Assembly (NCBI GenBank): GCA_903834665.1 | Contig: CAILJY010000078.1 | Coordinates: forward strand, 1 to 33,650 | Length of the DNA: 33,650 nucleotides | Direction of reading: 5' to 3' | Origin: an uncultured bacterium | GTDB lineage: Bacteria > Patescibacteriota > Minisyncoccia > Phycocordibacterales > UBA9973 | Shown: positions 10,141-18,953 of the stretch, piece after piece | How the letters are laid out: each line of letters opens with the position of its first letter | Position numbering within the stretch: the stretch's first letter is position 1 | The notes under the pieces: generated by a model | Seen by the model: the letters and a program-made list of their open reading frames with translations, nothing else | Databases searched by the model: none | Told to the model about the DNA's origin: nothing | Position numbers and translations under genes: made by a program

Positions 10141-11355
10141 ATGCTTAACCATAAATTAAAATTTCATGAATTAATAATACTTTCTCTTAGAACTTTTAAA
10201 ACTAAGCCACAGAGAGCTTTTTTGACGATTATGGGCATGTCAGTAGGTATTGCAACAGTTCTTCTTTTGGTTTCGTTGGGTTATGGTTTCCAATATATTT
10301 TGATAGGGAAGTTGATGACAACAGAAGATTCACTTGTTACTATGGAAGTTTCTTATCCTTCAGAAAGTAATTTATTAATTAAAAAAGATACCTTAGATCT
10401 TTTAAAAAATTCATTAGATGTAGCAGAAGTTAGTCCTATAGCTGAATTCCCGGGAGAGATTAGAATAGATGGAACGACAGGAGGTCTCTTGATTGATACT
10501 CGTATTGTTGAACCTTCTTATTTTAGGCTTGCAGGTTTATTGCCAGACATAGGAACAATCCCCACTGAAGAAAATCCAGGGTTGGTATCTTCTAGTCAAA
10601 TGCTTGTTCCTATTAACTTAACTGTAGATGAATCATCTTTAAATAAATTACTTAATTTTAAAATATTTTATCAAGATCAAATAAGCATGGTTGCAGATGA
10701 AGCCGATTCTACTGCTCCAGTTCCTATTAAAGGAATTATAACTGACGATTCTATTTCTCCTACGGCAATTATTTTTAATAACACTCTTTCCAAAGAGCCA
10801 CCTTTTTATAGTAAAGCTTTAGTTAAAGCTCAAAGTATTGAAGTTATAGAAAAGCTTCGAGATAGACTTTTAGGAGAAGGATATTTAGTTTCTGCTCGTA
10901 TTGATTTGGTGAATCAAGCTCGTAAGATAACAAATATAATTACTATTATATTAGGAGTTTTTGGAGTTACAGCTTTAGTTGTTTCAGCGATTGGAATGTT
11001 TAATACAATGCTTGTCGGTTTCCTTGAACGTATATATGAAGTTGGTATTTTAAAATCATTAGGAGCAACAGATAGTGATGTTAGAAATTTATTTTTAGTT
11101 GAAGCTTCAATCATGGGATTTCTAGGAGGAGCAGGGGGGATATTAATTGGATTTGGTATTGGTAAAATTTTAAACTATGTTTTGAGTTTGGTGGCAACTA
11201 GATTCGGAGGGAAAGCAATCGATTTATTTGTCTCACCAATTTGGTTTATCTTCCTTATTTTAGGATTTTCAATAGTTATTGGTTTCGTTTCTGGATGGTG
11301 GCCAGCCCACCGTGCCGCCGGACTTTCTCCTAAAGAGGCCTTCACTAAAAAATAA
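10141..11355 (+). CDS. ABC transporter permease, MacB/FtsX family
   Basis: N-terminal TM (RAFLTIMGMSVGIATV), extracytoplasmic domain, ERIYEVGILKSLGA and PAHRAAGLSP motifs, three C-terminal TMs. Confidence 0.92.
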   Translation: MLNHKLKFHELIILSLRTFKTKPQRAFLTIMGMSVGIATVLLLVSLGYGFQYILIGKLMTTEDSLVTMEVSYPSESNLLIKKDTLDLLKNSLDVAEVSPIAEFPGEIRIDGTTGGLLIDTRIVEPSYFRLAGLLPDIGTIPTEENPGLVSSSQMLVPINLTVDESSLNKLLNFKIFYQDQISMVADEADSTAPVPIKGIITDDSISPTAIIFNNTLSKEPPFYSKALVKAQSIEVIEKLRDRLLGEGYLVSARIDLVNQARKITNIITIILGVFGVTALVVSAIGMFNTMLVGFLERIYEVGILKSLGATDSDVRNLFLVEASIMGFLGGAGGILIGFGIGKILNYVLSLVATRFGGKAIDLFVSPIWFIFLILGFSIVIGFVSGWWPAHRAAGLSPKEAFTKK

Positions 11356-11378
11356 AAATATTTATTATCATATATTTT

Positions 11379-11407
11379 CCCAGATAGGCCTTAAGGGCCT
11401 ATCTGGG
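11379..11407. terminator. Hairpin between convergent genes, probable terminator
   Basis: cccagataggcc-ttaag-ggcctatctggg, 12-bp stem. Confidence 0.65.
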
Positions 11408-11429
11408 TGTAAAGAACAATTTTATAATT

Positions 11430-11457
11430 TTACATCTACGCTATAGCTGAGATGTAA
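11430..11457. repeat. Imperfect palindrome abutting the stop codon of Cys-rich paralogue 1; related to 27546-27583
   Basis: Minus strand reads TAA-ttacatctcagctatagcgtagatgtaa. Confidence 0.75.
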
Positions 11458-13245
11458 TTAATATACTTCTTGCTGATAACACTTCTCACAATACACTATC
11501 TCAGGTCTTTCTGGAGAGTATGATGTGTCAAATTCGTTTTGACATTTTTCTTTTCCATGAGAATGTTCAATAGTATTACTATACTTACTATTTGATGAAT
11601 GATCTCCACTACAACAACACTGTCTTTTATAGAGTTTACTTTTATTTCTTTGAGAAATGCGTTCTTTGTGACGACAATCAACACAATAACGTGGAATTGG
11701 TAATTTGCTATACCTTAAAAATTGTAATTCATTAGGAATTATTTTATAGGCACGTTTACATTTATCACAAGAAATAATCTCTTTTAAAATATCGTCAGAT
11801 ACATCTATTATATCGTCAGATATATTGATAGAATTTATTGAGACAGTATATTCATTTTTAGGAACCTCATACCAATTAGCACCATAAGATAGTATTTCTT
11901 CTTTTGATAAAGGAAATTGTTCAGGAGTTATTGTATCATTGTATGCAAACGGAGAGAATTCGGGTGGGAAAAACTCACCATATTTATAAACTCTACCCTT
12001 ACTATCTATATATGGCATATCATTCATATGTTTACGTATTTCATCTCTCAATTTATAAAATTCTTCTTTATTGTATTTTTTATTTAAAATAACATAATCT
12101 CCACTGTTAACACTAACACTTCCAAAAATATGATTAGCCTTTTTACCACAAAACATACTATATTCAAAATCTATTCCTCCATCCCAACACTCAAAAGAAA
12201 AACGTACCTGTGAGGAATTCCAACCACAAGTCATGCTCTCATATATCTGTTCACTATTATAACCACTTACAGTCGCATCAAAACAGTCTTTACTCCCTGG
12301 TGTTTGGCTATAATGCACATATTTTAAATCCTCTCCTCCTCTAATTAAGTAACTATTTCTAACATTCTTAGAATTTGATATATATTCACCTAGGCAATTA
12401 TAATTTTTAACTCCCTGAGTATATTTTACAGGAAAATTTAACCAAAAATTATTAGCTTTTTCTTTTATTTCCTTAAGGTTAGACCATTTTGATATATTTA
12501 AAGATTTTATTTTTTCATTATATTTTTCTTTAGATAGTTGTTCATTAAAATAACAATAGGATTTATTCCTTAAATTTACACAACCAAAACAATTAGAACA
12601 TCCGGTACAATTCTTAGAAAAATAAACAGATACACATTCGTCACATTGTGATGAAAAATGAGTATCAAAACATTTATTTAACCAAAATGATTCATAACAT
12701 CTTTCTGATGAGGTTATATGAGAATTATCAAAACAATTTTTACAAAAATCTATAGCATTACCGTAAGCTGAATCCTCATCAGTTGATGCATTAAAAATTA
12801 AATAACAATTCTTTAAATTATCAGCATTGCCAGAATAATCGCTTTTTACCATGTTTGTAGCATCTAATTGACGGTGTGGAACTTTTAAACTCAATTCATG
12901 AAGTTGAAATAGAAAGGGTTTTGATCTATCAAAATCTATTCCATAAGAAAATGGATCCCAATTATCGCTAAACCAATAACTGTCTTCATATATTGGGAAT
13001 TTAGCTTCGGGAGGGAAAAGAGCAAGTATCGGGTTGCCAGTAACACCATCTACATTTCTAAAAAGTTTTCTCTCATTACGGAAAAGACATCTTCTTTGGA
13101 ATCTACATTCCGAACACCAAGTGGGTGCTGGTATTTTATATTTAGCAGAAATTGAAATTTTCTCATAGAATAGAAAATCATCCGGCTCGATGATAAATTT
13201 AAGTTTGCAATTCTGACATATTCTAGTTTCTTCTTTATATTCCAT
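11458..13245 (-). CDS. Cys-rich zinc-ribbon/solenoid protein, paralogue 1 (595 aa), function unknown
   Basis: ATG 13245 (MEYKEETRICQNCK) matches the paralogue starts; the track's TTG 13290 lies inside a palindrome. CxxC..F.I...D..FYEK....P..CxxCR ribbon, NCFGCVNLRNK motif, C-terminal YSPERPEIVYCEKCY. Confidence 0.88.
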   Translation of the reverse strand: MEYKEETRICQNCKLKFIIEPDDFLFYEKISISAKYKIPAPTWCSECRFQRRCLFRNERKLFRNVDGVTGNPILALFPPEAKFPIYEDSYWFSDNWDPFSYGIDFDRSKPFLFQLHELSLKVPHRQLDATNMVKSDYSGNADNLKNCYLIFNASTDEDSAYGNAIDFCKNCFDNSHITSSERCYESFWLNKCFDTHFSSQCDECVSVYFSKNCTGCSNCFGCVNLRNKSYCYFNEQLSKEKYNEKIKSLNISKWSNLKEIKEKANNFWLNFPVKYTQGVKNYNCLGEYISNSKNVRNSYLIRGGEDLKYVHYSQTPGSKDCFDATVSGYNSEQIYESMTCGWNSSQVRFSFECWDGGIDFEYSMFCGKKANHIFGSVSVNSGDYVILNKKYNKEEFYKLRDEIRKHMNDMPYIDSKGRVYKYGEFFPPEFSPFAYNDTITPEQFPLSKEEILSYGANWYEVPKNEYTVSINSINISDDIIDVSDDILKEIISCDKCKRAYKIIPNELQFLRYSKLPIPRYCVDCRHKERISQRNKSKLYKRQCCCSGDHSSNSKYSNTIEHSHGKEKCQNEFDTSYSPERPEIVYCEKCYQQEVY

Positions 13246-13250
13246 ATTTT

Positions 13251-13294
13251 TAATTTGGTACAAACTCTGCACGTGCAGAGTTTGTACCAAATTA
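13251..13294. repeat. Perfect 44-bp loopless palindrome between paralogues 2 and 1
   Basis: taatttggtacaaactctgcac|gtgcagagtttgtaccaaatta. Confidence 0.9.
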
Positions 13295-13303
13295 TTTATT
13301 TAA

Positions 13304-15025
13304 TTAATATACTTCATTTTGATAACACTTCTCACAATACACTATCTCAGGTCTATCTGGTGCATAAGAAGTTTCAAAGGTGTTTGTACATCCTTCTTTC
13401 ATACAAGAGCGATGCCACAATTTCATAGGGTTTCTTTGAGATAAGCGTTCATAGTGTCTACAGTTAGGACAAAGATGTGGTAATGGTAGATTCATTCGTT
13501 TATAGAAAGATAGTTCTTCAGGGATGATCCTGAAGGCTTCTGTACACTGTTGATTGCATTCTCCCTTATGATCACATTCTATTATTTTGGTGGTTATATC
13601 ATCATTTACATCATTAATATCATCTGGTATGTCTTTACTATATATATCTATATTGTAATTACGTTCTTCTTTGTCTTTCCACTTATATCCTTGTTCTATG
13701 GCTTGTTCTTTGTTTAATGGAAAATATTCTTGAGCTACTGTCTCATTGTAAGCAAATGGGGATAATTCACTTGGGAAGAATTCTCCGTATTTGTATACTC
13801 TACCACAACTGTCTATGTAGGGCTGATCTGACATATGTTTGATGATTTTGGGGACTAGTTCTTCGTATTGTTCCTTGGTGTATTGTTTATTGAGGATGCA
13901 GTATTGTTTGGAATTGAGTCCGACACAACCAAAGAGATTTCTGGAATTAGACACGCAACTATAAATAAAAGAAGAGTCTGATGTATTACTAATCGCGACT
14001 CCAAATTTTGTATTACTGGCTGATCCTGGTCCATTACATTCATAACAGAGTTCAGGACTAGTAGCAGTAGTAATATCATAATTATCTGAGCCTCCTCCTT
14101 TTAAGAAACGCCAAACATATTTTGAATTATTTGTTTCATAAATATCAAATGAATTATGACAATTATGAGAATGTTCAATACTGTTACCAGAAACATCTTT
14201 AGAGTTTGTGATATCAGCAAATTTTCTAATTGATTTTAATAATTTGTTTTTATAAATACCTTTTATTTTTTCGAGATTAATAAATGAATTTAATTTTAAA
14301 GATTTTATTTTTTCAAAGTATTCTTCTTTTGTGTATTTTTCATTAAAAATATAATACTGTTTATTTCTTAGATTCCAACAACCAAAACAATTTGAACAAT
14401 TTTTACAATTATATAAAAACATAGAATCAATACAGATACTTGCTTTTATACTCAAATAAACATTAAAACAATTATTACAATCAATGCATTCATATAATAA
14501 ATCACTATTACGTGAAGAAAGTAAGTCTAAAGAATTTTTACAATCATTTATACCATCTGAGTAACAGCAATTTTCATTTCTATTTGCAGAAAAGACAAGA
14601 TAACAATTTTTTGAGTCAATCGTCATATTAGTGTAATCACTATTTATCATATTTATTCCACCAACATTAGGAAGTGGTACTTCTTTAAAGAGATCAAAAA
14701 ATTGGATAAAAAATGGTTTAGAAAAATCATAATCTTTTCCGTAAACTAAAGGATCAAACTTATCAGACCACCAAAATTCTTTATCTGACACTTTTAGATC
14801 TTTATCGTTAGAATAGACGGAAATAACCTTTTCACTATGACCTTCTATTGAACAATTAGTTTTATATAGATTTCTAACATTTCTCCAAATCATTCTTCTT
14901 ATCATTCTACATTCCGGGCAAAAGGTTGGAGGGGGGACTTTGATTTTTTCATAGAAAGAGAAATCATTAGGCTCAATAATGAAATCATTCTTACAATTCT
15001 GGCATATTCTAGTTTCGGGATTCAT
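13304..15025 (-). CDS. Cys-rich zinc-ribbon/solenoid protein, paralogue 2 (573 aa)
   Basis: Same architecture; ETRICQNCK start, YAPDRPEIVYCEKCYQNEVY end. Confidence 0.9.
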   Translation of the reverse strand: MNPETRICQNCKNDFIIEPNDFSFYEKIKVPPPTFCPECRMIRRMIWRNVRNLYKTNCSIEGHSEKVISVYSNDKDLKVSDKEFWWSDKFDPLVYGKDYDFSKPFFIQFFDLFKEVPLPNVGGINMINSDYTNMTIDSKNCYLVFSANRNENCCYSDGINDCKNSLDLLSSRNSDLLYECIDCNNCFNVYLSIKASICIDSMFLYNCKNCSNCFGCWNLRNKQYYIFNEKYTKEEYFEKIKSLKLNSFINLEKIKGIYKNKLLKSIRKFADITNSKDVSGNSIEHSHNCHNSFDIYETNNSKYVWRFLKGGGSDNYDITTATSPELCYECNGPGSASNTKFGVAISNTSDSSFIYSCVSNSRNLFGCVGLNSKQYCILNKQYTKEQYEELVPKIIKHMSDQPYIDSCGRVYKYGEFFPSELSPFAYNETVAQEYFPLNKEQAIEQGYKWKDKEERNYNIDIYSKDIPDDINDVNDDITTKIIECDHKGECNQQCTEAFRIIPEELSFYKRMNLPLPHLCPNCRHYERLSQRNPMKLWHRSCMKEGCTNTFETSYAPDRPEIVYCEKCYQNEVY

Positions 15026-15031
15026 GGGGTA

Positions 15032-15040
15032 ATTATAACA
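15032..15040 (-). promoter_or_regulatory. Extended -10 box (TGTTATAAT) 6 nt upstream of the paralogue 2 ATG
   Basis: Minus strand TGTTATAAT-tacccc-ATG; no Shine-Dalgarno. Confidence 0.6.
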
Positions 15041-15120
15041 AAAAAAATTAAAATGCTACAGGACTCTCGGTCAAACAAGACCGCGAGTACATATTATGGT
15101 GTTAAGTCTATATTTATATA

Positions 15121-15154
15121 GCAAAAAACAGCACGAAGGTGCTGTCTTTCTTAA
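15121..15154 (-). terminator. Intrinsic terminator-like hairpin, near copy of 15851-15884
   Basis: Minus strand acagcac-cttc-gtgctgt followed by a T run. Confidence 0.7.
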
Positions 15155-15168
15155 TATTATTAGTTTGG

Positions 15169-15519
15169 CTAAAGTAAAAGTTGTTCATTAAGGAAACCTT
15201 TACCTTTTTTTCTTAAAGAATCAGGATAATGTTTAATTAATAATAATTTACATTTTTTACTATTAATAACATCCTGATATTCTTCTTCTTCAAGAGCGTC
15301 TAATTGACGGGTTGATTCTTTTGGGAACACCATGTCAAACATATTTTCATAATCAAAAAATAAACGCCCTATCCATGAATCAAGAGTCTCTCCATAGATA
15401 AGACAAAGATGAGGTATAGGATAAATAGGTTTTCCCAACCCCAAACCATGAGTTGCGGTTATTGCCATTTTAAAACAAAAATTAACCCCAATAAATTCTA
15501 TTCTGTCCTTGGCTGTCAT
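15169..15519 (-). CDS. Hypothetical protein (116 aa)
   Basis: ATG-started ORF with an AT-rich upstream region and a terminator directly downstream; no recognisable motif. Confidence 0.5.
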   Translation of the reverse strand: MTAKDRIEFIGVNFCFKMAITATHGLGLGKPIYPIPHLCLIYGETLDSWIGRLFFDYENMFDMVFPKESTRQLDALEEEEYQDVINSKKCKLLLIKHYPDSLRKKGKGFLNEQLLL

Positions 15520-15620
15520 AAAAATTATTTTAAATTATTTTTTTATCACATTATCACTTCTAATACCCAGTGTCAATTACTGATATACGCAAAAATCATT
15601 ATCAAATAATATTATTTTAA

Positions 15621-15852
15621 GCAGTGGGGACTACAGGACTCTTCCATTACATGGACAGTATACCTTTCGTATTTTCTATAATTATTAAATTCCAGAAAAT
15701 ATACTCAAGGTCTTCTCGTCCTGTACGAAAAGTAAAGAGGTTTGGAGTCTAATTGTGGTCAGGAATATTTTTGTTGTCGCCACAACAAAAATTTCACGAC
15801 CCTGGCTCATTAGTTTCGTCTGGTAACGAAACATAACTCCGCCTTCCACAGC
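15621..15852 (-). other. Structured non-coding element downstream of tRNA-Ala, ending in a degenerate copy of the tRNA 3' end
   Basis: Nested stems: tacaggac/gtcctgta, gtattttct/agaaaatatac, ggagt/actcc, tttttgttgt/acaacaaaaa, gtttcgt/acgaaac. 15621-15641 matches 15886-15906 at 17/21 positions. Confidence 0.6.
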
Positions 15853-15884
15853 TAAAAAACAGCACGCAGGTGCTGTTTTCTTAA
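15851..15884 (-). terminator. Intrinsic terminator of tRNA-Ala
   Basis: aaaacagcac-ctgc-gtgctgtttttt immediately 3' of the tRNA. Confidence 0.75.
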
Positions 15885-15889
15885 CGCTG

Positions 15890-15962
15890 TGGACCCTACA
15901 GGACTCGAACCTGCCACCCCCTCATTGCAAATGAGGTGCTCTACCAGATGAGCTAAGGGCCC
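15890..15962 (-). tRNA. tRNA-Ala(TGC)
   Basis: GGGCCCTTAGCTCATCTGGTAGAGCACCTCATTTGCAATGAGGGGGTGGCAGGTTCGAGTCCTGTAGGGTCCA; cloverleaf, G3:U70 Ala determinant; CCA not encoded. Confidence 0.96.
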
Positions 15963-16042
15963 ATGACAATTAATAATTACTAATTAAGAATTAATAATTA
16001 AGATATTCATATATTACTATATTTATATTTTTTTGCAATAGT

Positions 16043-17389
16043 CTAAAACATTGAAATTATTGCGGCGATTGCTGTGATACTCATCAGTACTGTCGTTACC
16101 CATCCTATTATTTTTGTTGTTAATGAATTTTTAAATTCTCCCATAATTTTTTTACTACTACTTATTTTCACAATAAATACAAGTATTACAGGAGCGATAA
16201 TCCCATTGGCAATAGCGGAATATAAAAGAGCCTTTATTGGATCGATACCAATAAAATTAATTAAGATACCAATAATTATTGAGACAGCTATAACTCCATA
16301 GAAAGCATGAGCAGTTTTAAATTTACGATATAGACCTTCTTTCCACCCGAAACTTTCAGTTATTGCATATGCGGCAGATCCTGCAAGTACAGGGATTGCC
16401 AATAATCCTGTACCAATAATTCCTATTGCAAAAAGAAGAAATGCCCATGATCCAGCAAGAGGTTGTAATGCTCGAGCGGCATCAGCGGCTGTTTCGATAT
16501 TTGTAATTCCATTTGCAAAAAGAGTGTGTGAACATACTGCGATTATAAAAAACATTACAAGATTAGATAGAAACATTCCAACCCATATATCTATCCGCAT
16601 TTCTTTTATTTCAGCATGATTTGTATTTTTACGAGAGAGAATAGTTTTTTTACCCATTGATATTTCTTCTTCTATTTCTTGCGAAGTCTGCCAAAAAAAC
16701 AAGTAAGGGGATATGGTTGTTCCTAGAATCCCCGTAATGAGAAGGATTTGGCTCTTAGAGAGGGTAATTTGGGGTATAAATCCATCTTTCAATAATAAAA
16801 GCCAATCCATGTTTATAATCAATCCTGTTACAATATATGCGAAAACAGCAATAACTAACCACTTAAGATATTTTGTATATATTCTGTATGGGACAATTAT
16901 TTCTAACAGTAATCCAGCTAACCCCGTAAAAATAACTAAAAATATAAAAGAAAATTTTGGAGCAAGGAGTTGAATAGCTTTTGCCATCGCTCCTAAGTCT
17001 GCTCCGATATTTAGAGTATTAGCAAAAAATAAAAGTATAGTACAAACATAAAGTATCTTCTTAGAATAATTGTGTTTTATATTAGAGGCTAAACCACGAC
17101 CAGTAACAAGAGCAATTCGAGCACACATTTCTTGCACCGTTGCTACAAGTGGATATACCCAAGCAGCCATCCAAATTAAACCATTACCGTACTGAGCACC
17201 AGCTTGTGAGTAAGTTGTAATTCCAGAAGGGTCGTCATCAGCTGCCCCGGTTATAATTCCGGGTCCGAGTTTTTTTAAATAGTTTTCTCCTTCTTTAATT
17301 AAATTTTCTCTTTTATTAATTTCGGGAGGCGGAAAAGATTGAACTTGTGGTATTGTTTCTAAAGGGGATATTGTTTCTTCTTCGTTCAT
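16043..17389 (-). CDS. NRAMP-family divalent metal cation transporter
   Basis: LGPGIITGAADDDPSGITTYSQAGA, QEMCARIALVTGRGL, GTTISPYLFFWQ; many hydrophobic helices. DPSG rather than the MntH DPGN motif, so not called mntH. Confidence 0.9.
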   Translation of the reverse strand: MNEEETISPLETIPQVQSFPPPEINKRENLIKEGENYLKKLGPGIITGAADDDPSGITTYSQAGAQYGNGLIWMAAWVYPLVATVQEMCARIALVTGRGLASNIKHNYSKKILYVCTILLFFANTLNIGADLGAMAKAIQLLAPKFSFIFLVIFTGLAGLLLEIIVPYRIYTKYLKWLVIAVFAYIVTGLIINMDWLLLLKDGFIPQITLSKSQILLITGILGTTISPYLFFWQTSQEIEEEISMGKKTILSRKNTNHAEIKEMRIDIWVGMFLSNLVMFFIIAVCSHTLFANGITNIETAADAARALQPLAGSWAFLLFAIGIIGTGLLAIPVLAGSAAYAITESFGWKEGLYRKFKTAHAFYGVIAVSIIIGILINFIGIDPIKALLYSAIANGIIAPVILVFIVKISSSKKIMGEFKNSLTTKIIGWVTTVLMSITAIAAIISMF

Positions 17390-17442
17390 GATAAATCTAT
17401 TATACTTTTTATTATAATTTGATACAATGTATAAGTAACATT

Positions 17443-18930
17443 ATGTCTTTAAATAAACCGAATAAAATTCAAATAATTAAATATGCTCCTCCACCTCCTG
17501 ATTTACCCACACTTGGCAAATCAGATTCGAGTGAGGTTGTTTTTATTGGCAGAACAAATTATGTCGCAGCTCTTGAAGAAAAGAAGTTTGTCTTTGGGAT
17601 CAAGCGTATTGATCGTAGACGCCATATGTATATCATTGGTAAATCAGGAGTTGGTAAATCTAAACTTCAAGAATTGATGATTCGTCAAGATATCGCTTAT
17701 GGGCATGGTATTTGTATTATTGACCCACACGGAGAATTGATTGAAGATATTTTAAATTTTATTCCTGAAGAAAGAATCGAAGATGTTTGTGTTATTGATC
17801 CGGGTGATATTGAATATCCCTCATCATTTAATCCACTTGCTAATATTGATCCTACTTTCAAACATCAACTCACTCAAGGATTGATAGAAGTTTTACGTAA
17901 ACAATTTGGAGCAAATTGGACACCACGTCTTGAGCACGTTTTTCGTTTTACGGTTTTAGCTTTACTTGATTATCCTCATGCGACAATGAGGGGGATGATC
18001 TCAATGCTGACTGATCGTAATTATCGTCAAAAGGTTGTTGAGTATATAGAAGATGACATGGTAAAACGTTTCTGGGCAATAGAATTCGCTGATTGGTCTG
18101 AAAAGTTTGATACAGATGCTATTATTCCTTTGGTTAATAAATTAGGACAGTTTCTTTCTGATCCAATGCTTCGTAATATTTTTGGACAGAAACAAAATAA
18201 AATAGATATAGAGCAATTGATGAATGAACAAAAGATTCTTTTGATTAATTTATCAAAAGGAAAAATAGGGGAGGAAAATTCTTCTTTCTTTGGAGCTATG
18301 TTTTTGACTAAGATTAAACAAGCTGGTATGGCTCGTGCCAAATTAGAACCCAAAGATCGTCATGATTTTTATTTATATGTAGACGAGTTTCAAAATATAG
18401 TGACAGATACATTTGAAAATATTCTTTCTGAAGCTCGTAAATATGGGATCAATCTTATTGTGGCACATCAATACGTAGGTCAATTATTGCCGAAAGTGCA
18501 ACAAGCTGTTCTTGGAAATATTGGATCAATTATTTCGTTCCGTGTTGGTGGAGATGATGCGACCAAGCTCAAGCCAGAATTTGCTCCGGTTTTTGATGTT
18601 AAAGATATGATCAATCTGGGAGTTGGAGAATTTTATATAAAAATGACAATAGATGGAGAGAGTTATGATCCATTTTCAGCTGAGACTCTTAAAGTGCTTC
18701 CTGCTACTCATCCTTCCTACCGCAAGCAAGTTATGGATGCTTCTCGTCGTAAATACGCAATTCTAGCAGATGAAGCTCAGAAATTAATCGCGGAAGAAGA
18801 AGCAACTATTATCCGAAGTGCTCAAGAAAAGGCCGCTATAACTGGTAATAAAACAAAAGAAGAAGATACTGATAAAGAGCAAGAAGATAAAATAGTCAAA
18901 GAAGAAAAAGGTGGAGAGCCACTAATTTAA
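17443..18930 (+). CDS. VirD4/TraD/TrwB-like (HerA-FtsK superfamily) P-loop ATPase 1, no TM anchor
   Basis: DRRRHMYIIGKSGVGKS Walker A, IDPHGEL, YLYVDEFQN Walker B, LSEARKYG, AHQY. ATG 17443 preferred. Confidence 0.88.
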   Translation: MSLNKPNKIQIIKYAPPPPDLPTLGKSDSSEVVFIGRTNYVAALEEKKFVFGIKRIDRRRHMYIIGKSGVGKSKLQELMIRQDIAYGHGICIIDPHGELIEDILNFIPEERIEDVCVIDPGDIEYPSSFNPLANIDPTFKHQLTQGLIEVLRKQFGANWTPRLEHVFRFTVLALLDYPHATMRGMISMLTDRNYRQKVVEYIEDDMVKRFWAIEFADWSEKFDTDAIIPLVNKLGQFLSDPMLRNIFGQKQNKIDIEQLMNEQKILLINLSKGKIGEENSSFFGAMFLTKIKQAGMARAKLEPKDRHDFYLYVDEFQNIVTDTFENILSEARKYGINLIVAHQYVGQLLPKVQQAVLGNIGSIISFRVGGDDATKLKPEFAPVFDVKDMINLGVGEFYIKMTIDGESYDPFSAETLKVLPATHPSYRKQVMDASRRKYAILADEAQKLIAEEEATIIRSAQEKAAITGNKTKEEDTDKEQEDKIVKEEKGGEPLI

Positions 18931-18953
18931 TTAAGAATTAAAGATTAAGAATT

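Noticed and set aside
13246-13290. N-terminal extension MVQTLHVQSLYQIKN of the 610-aa ORF
   Set aside because: It is the translation of the 44-bp palindrome; paralogue alignment places the start at ATG 13245.
15621-15852. tmRNA, RNase P RNA, SRP RNA or tRNA intron
   Set aside because: I could not find their hallmark motifs, and the adjacent tRNA-Ala is complete and uninterrupted.
11430-15906. Classical integron or CRISPR array
   Set aside because: No intI or cas genes, no regularly spaced direct repeats, and the palindromes lack the RYYYAAC/GTTRRRY attC ends.
16043-17389. mntH assignment
   Set aside because: The motif is DPSG rather than DPGN and the MPH motif is replaced by SPY, so substrate and orthology are uncertain.
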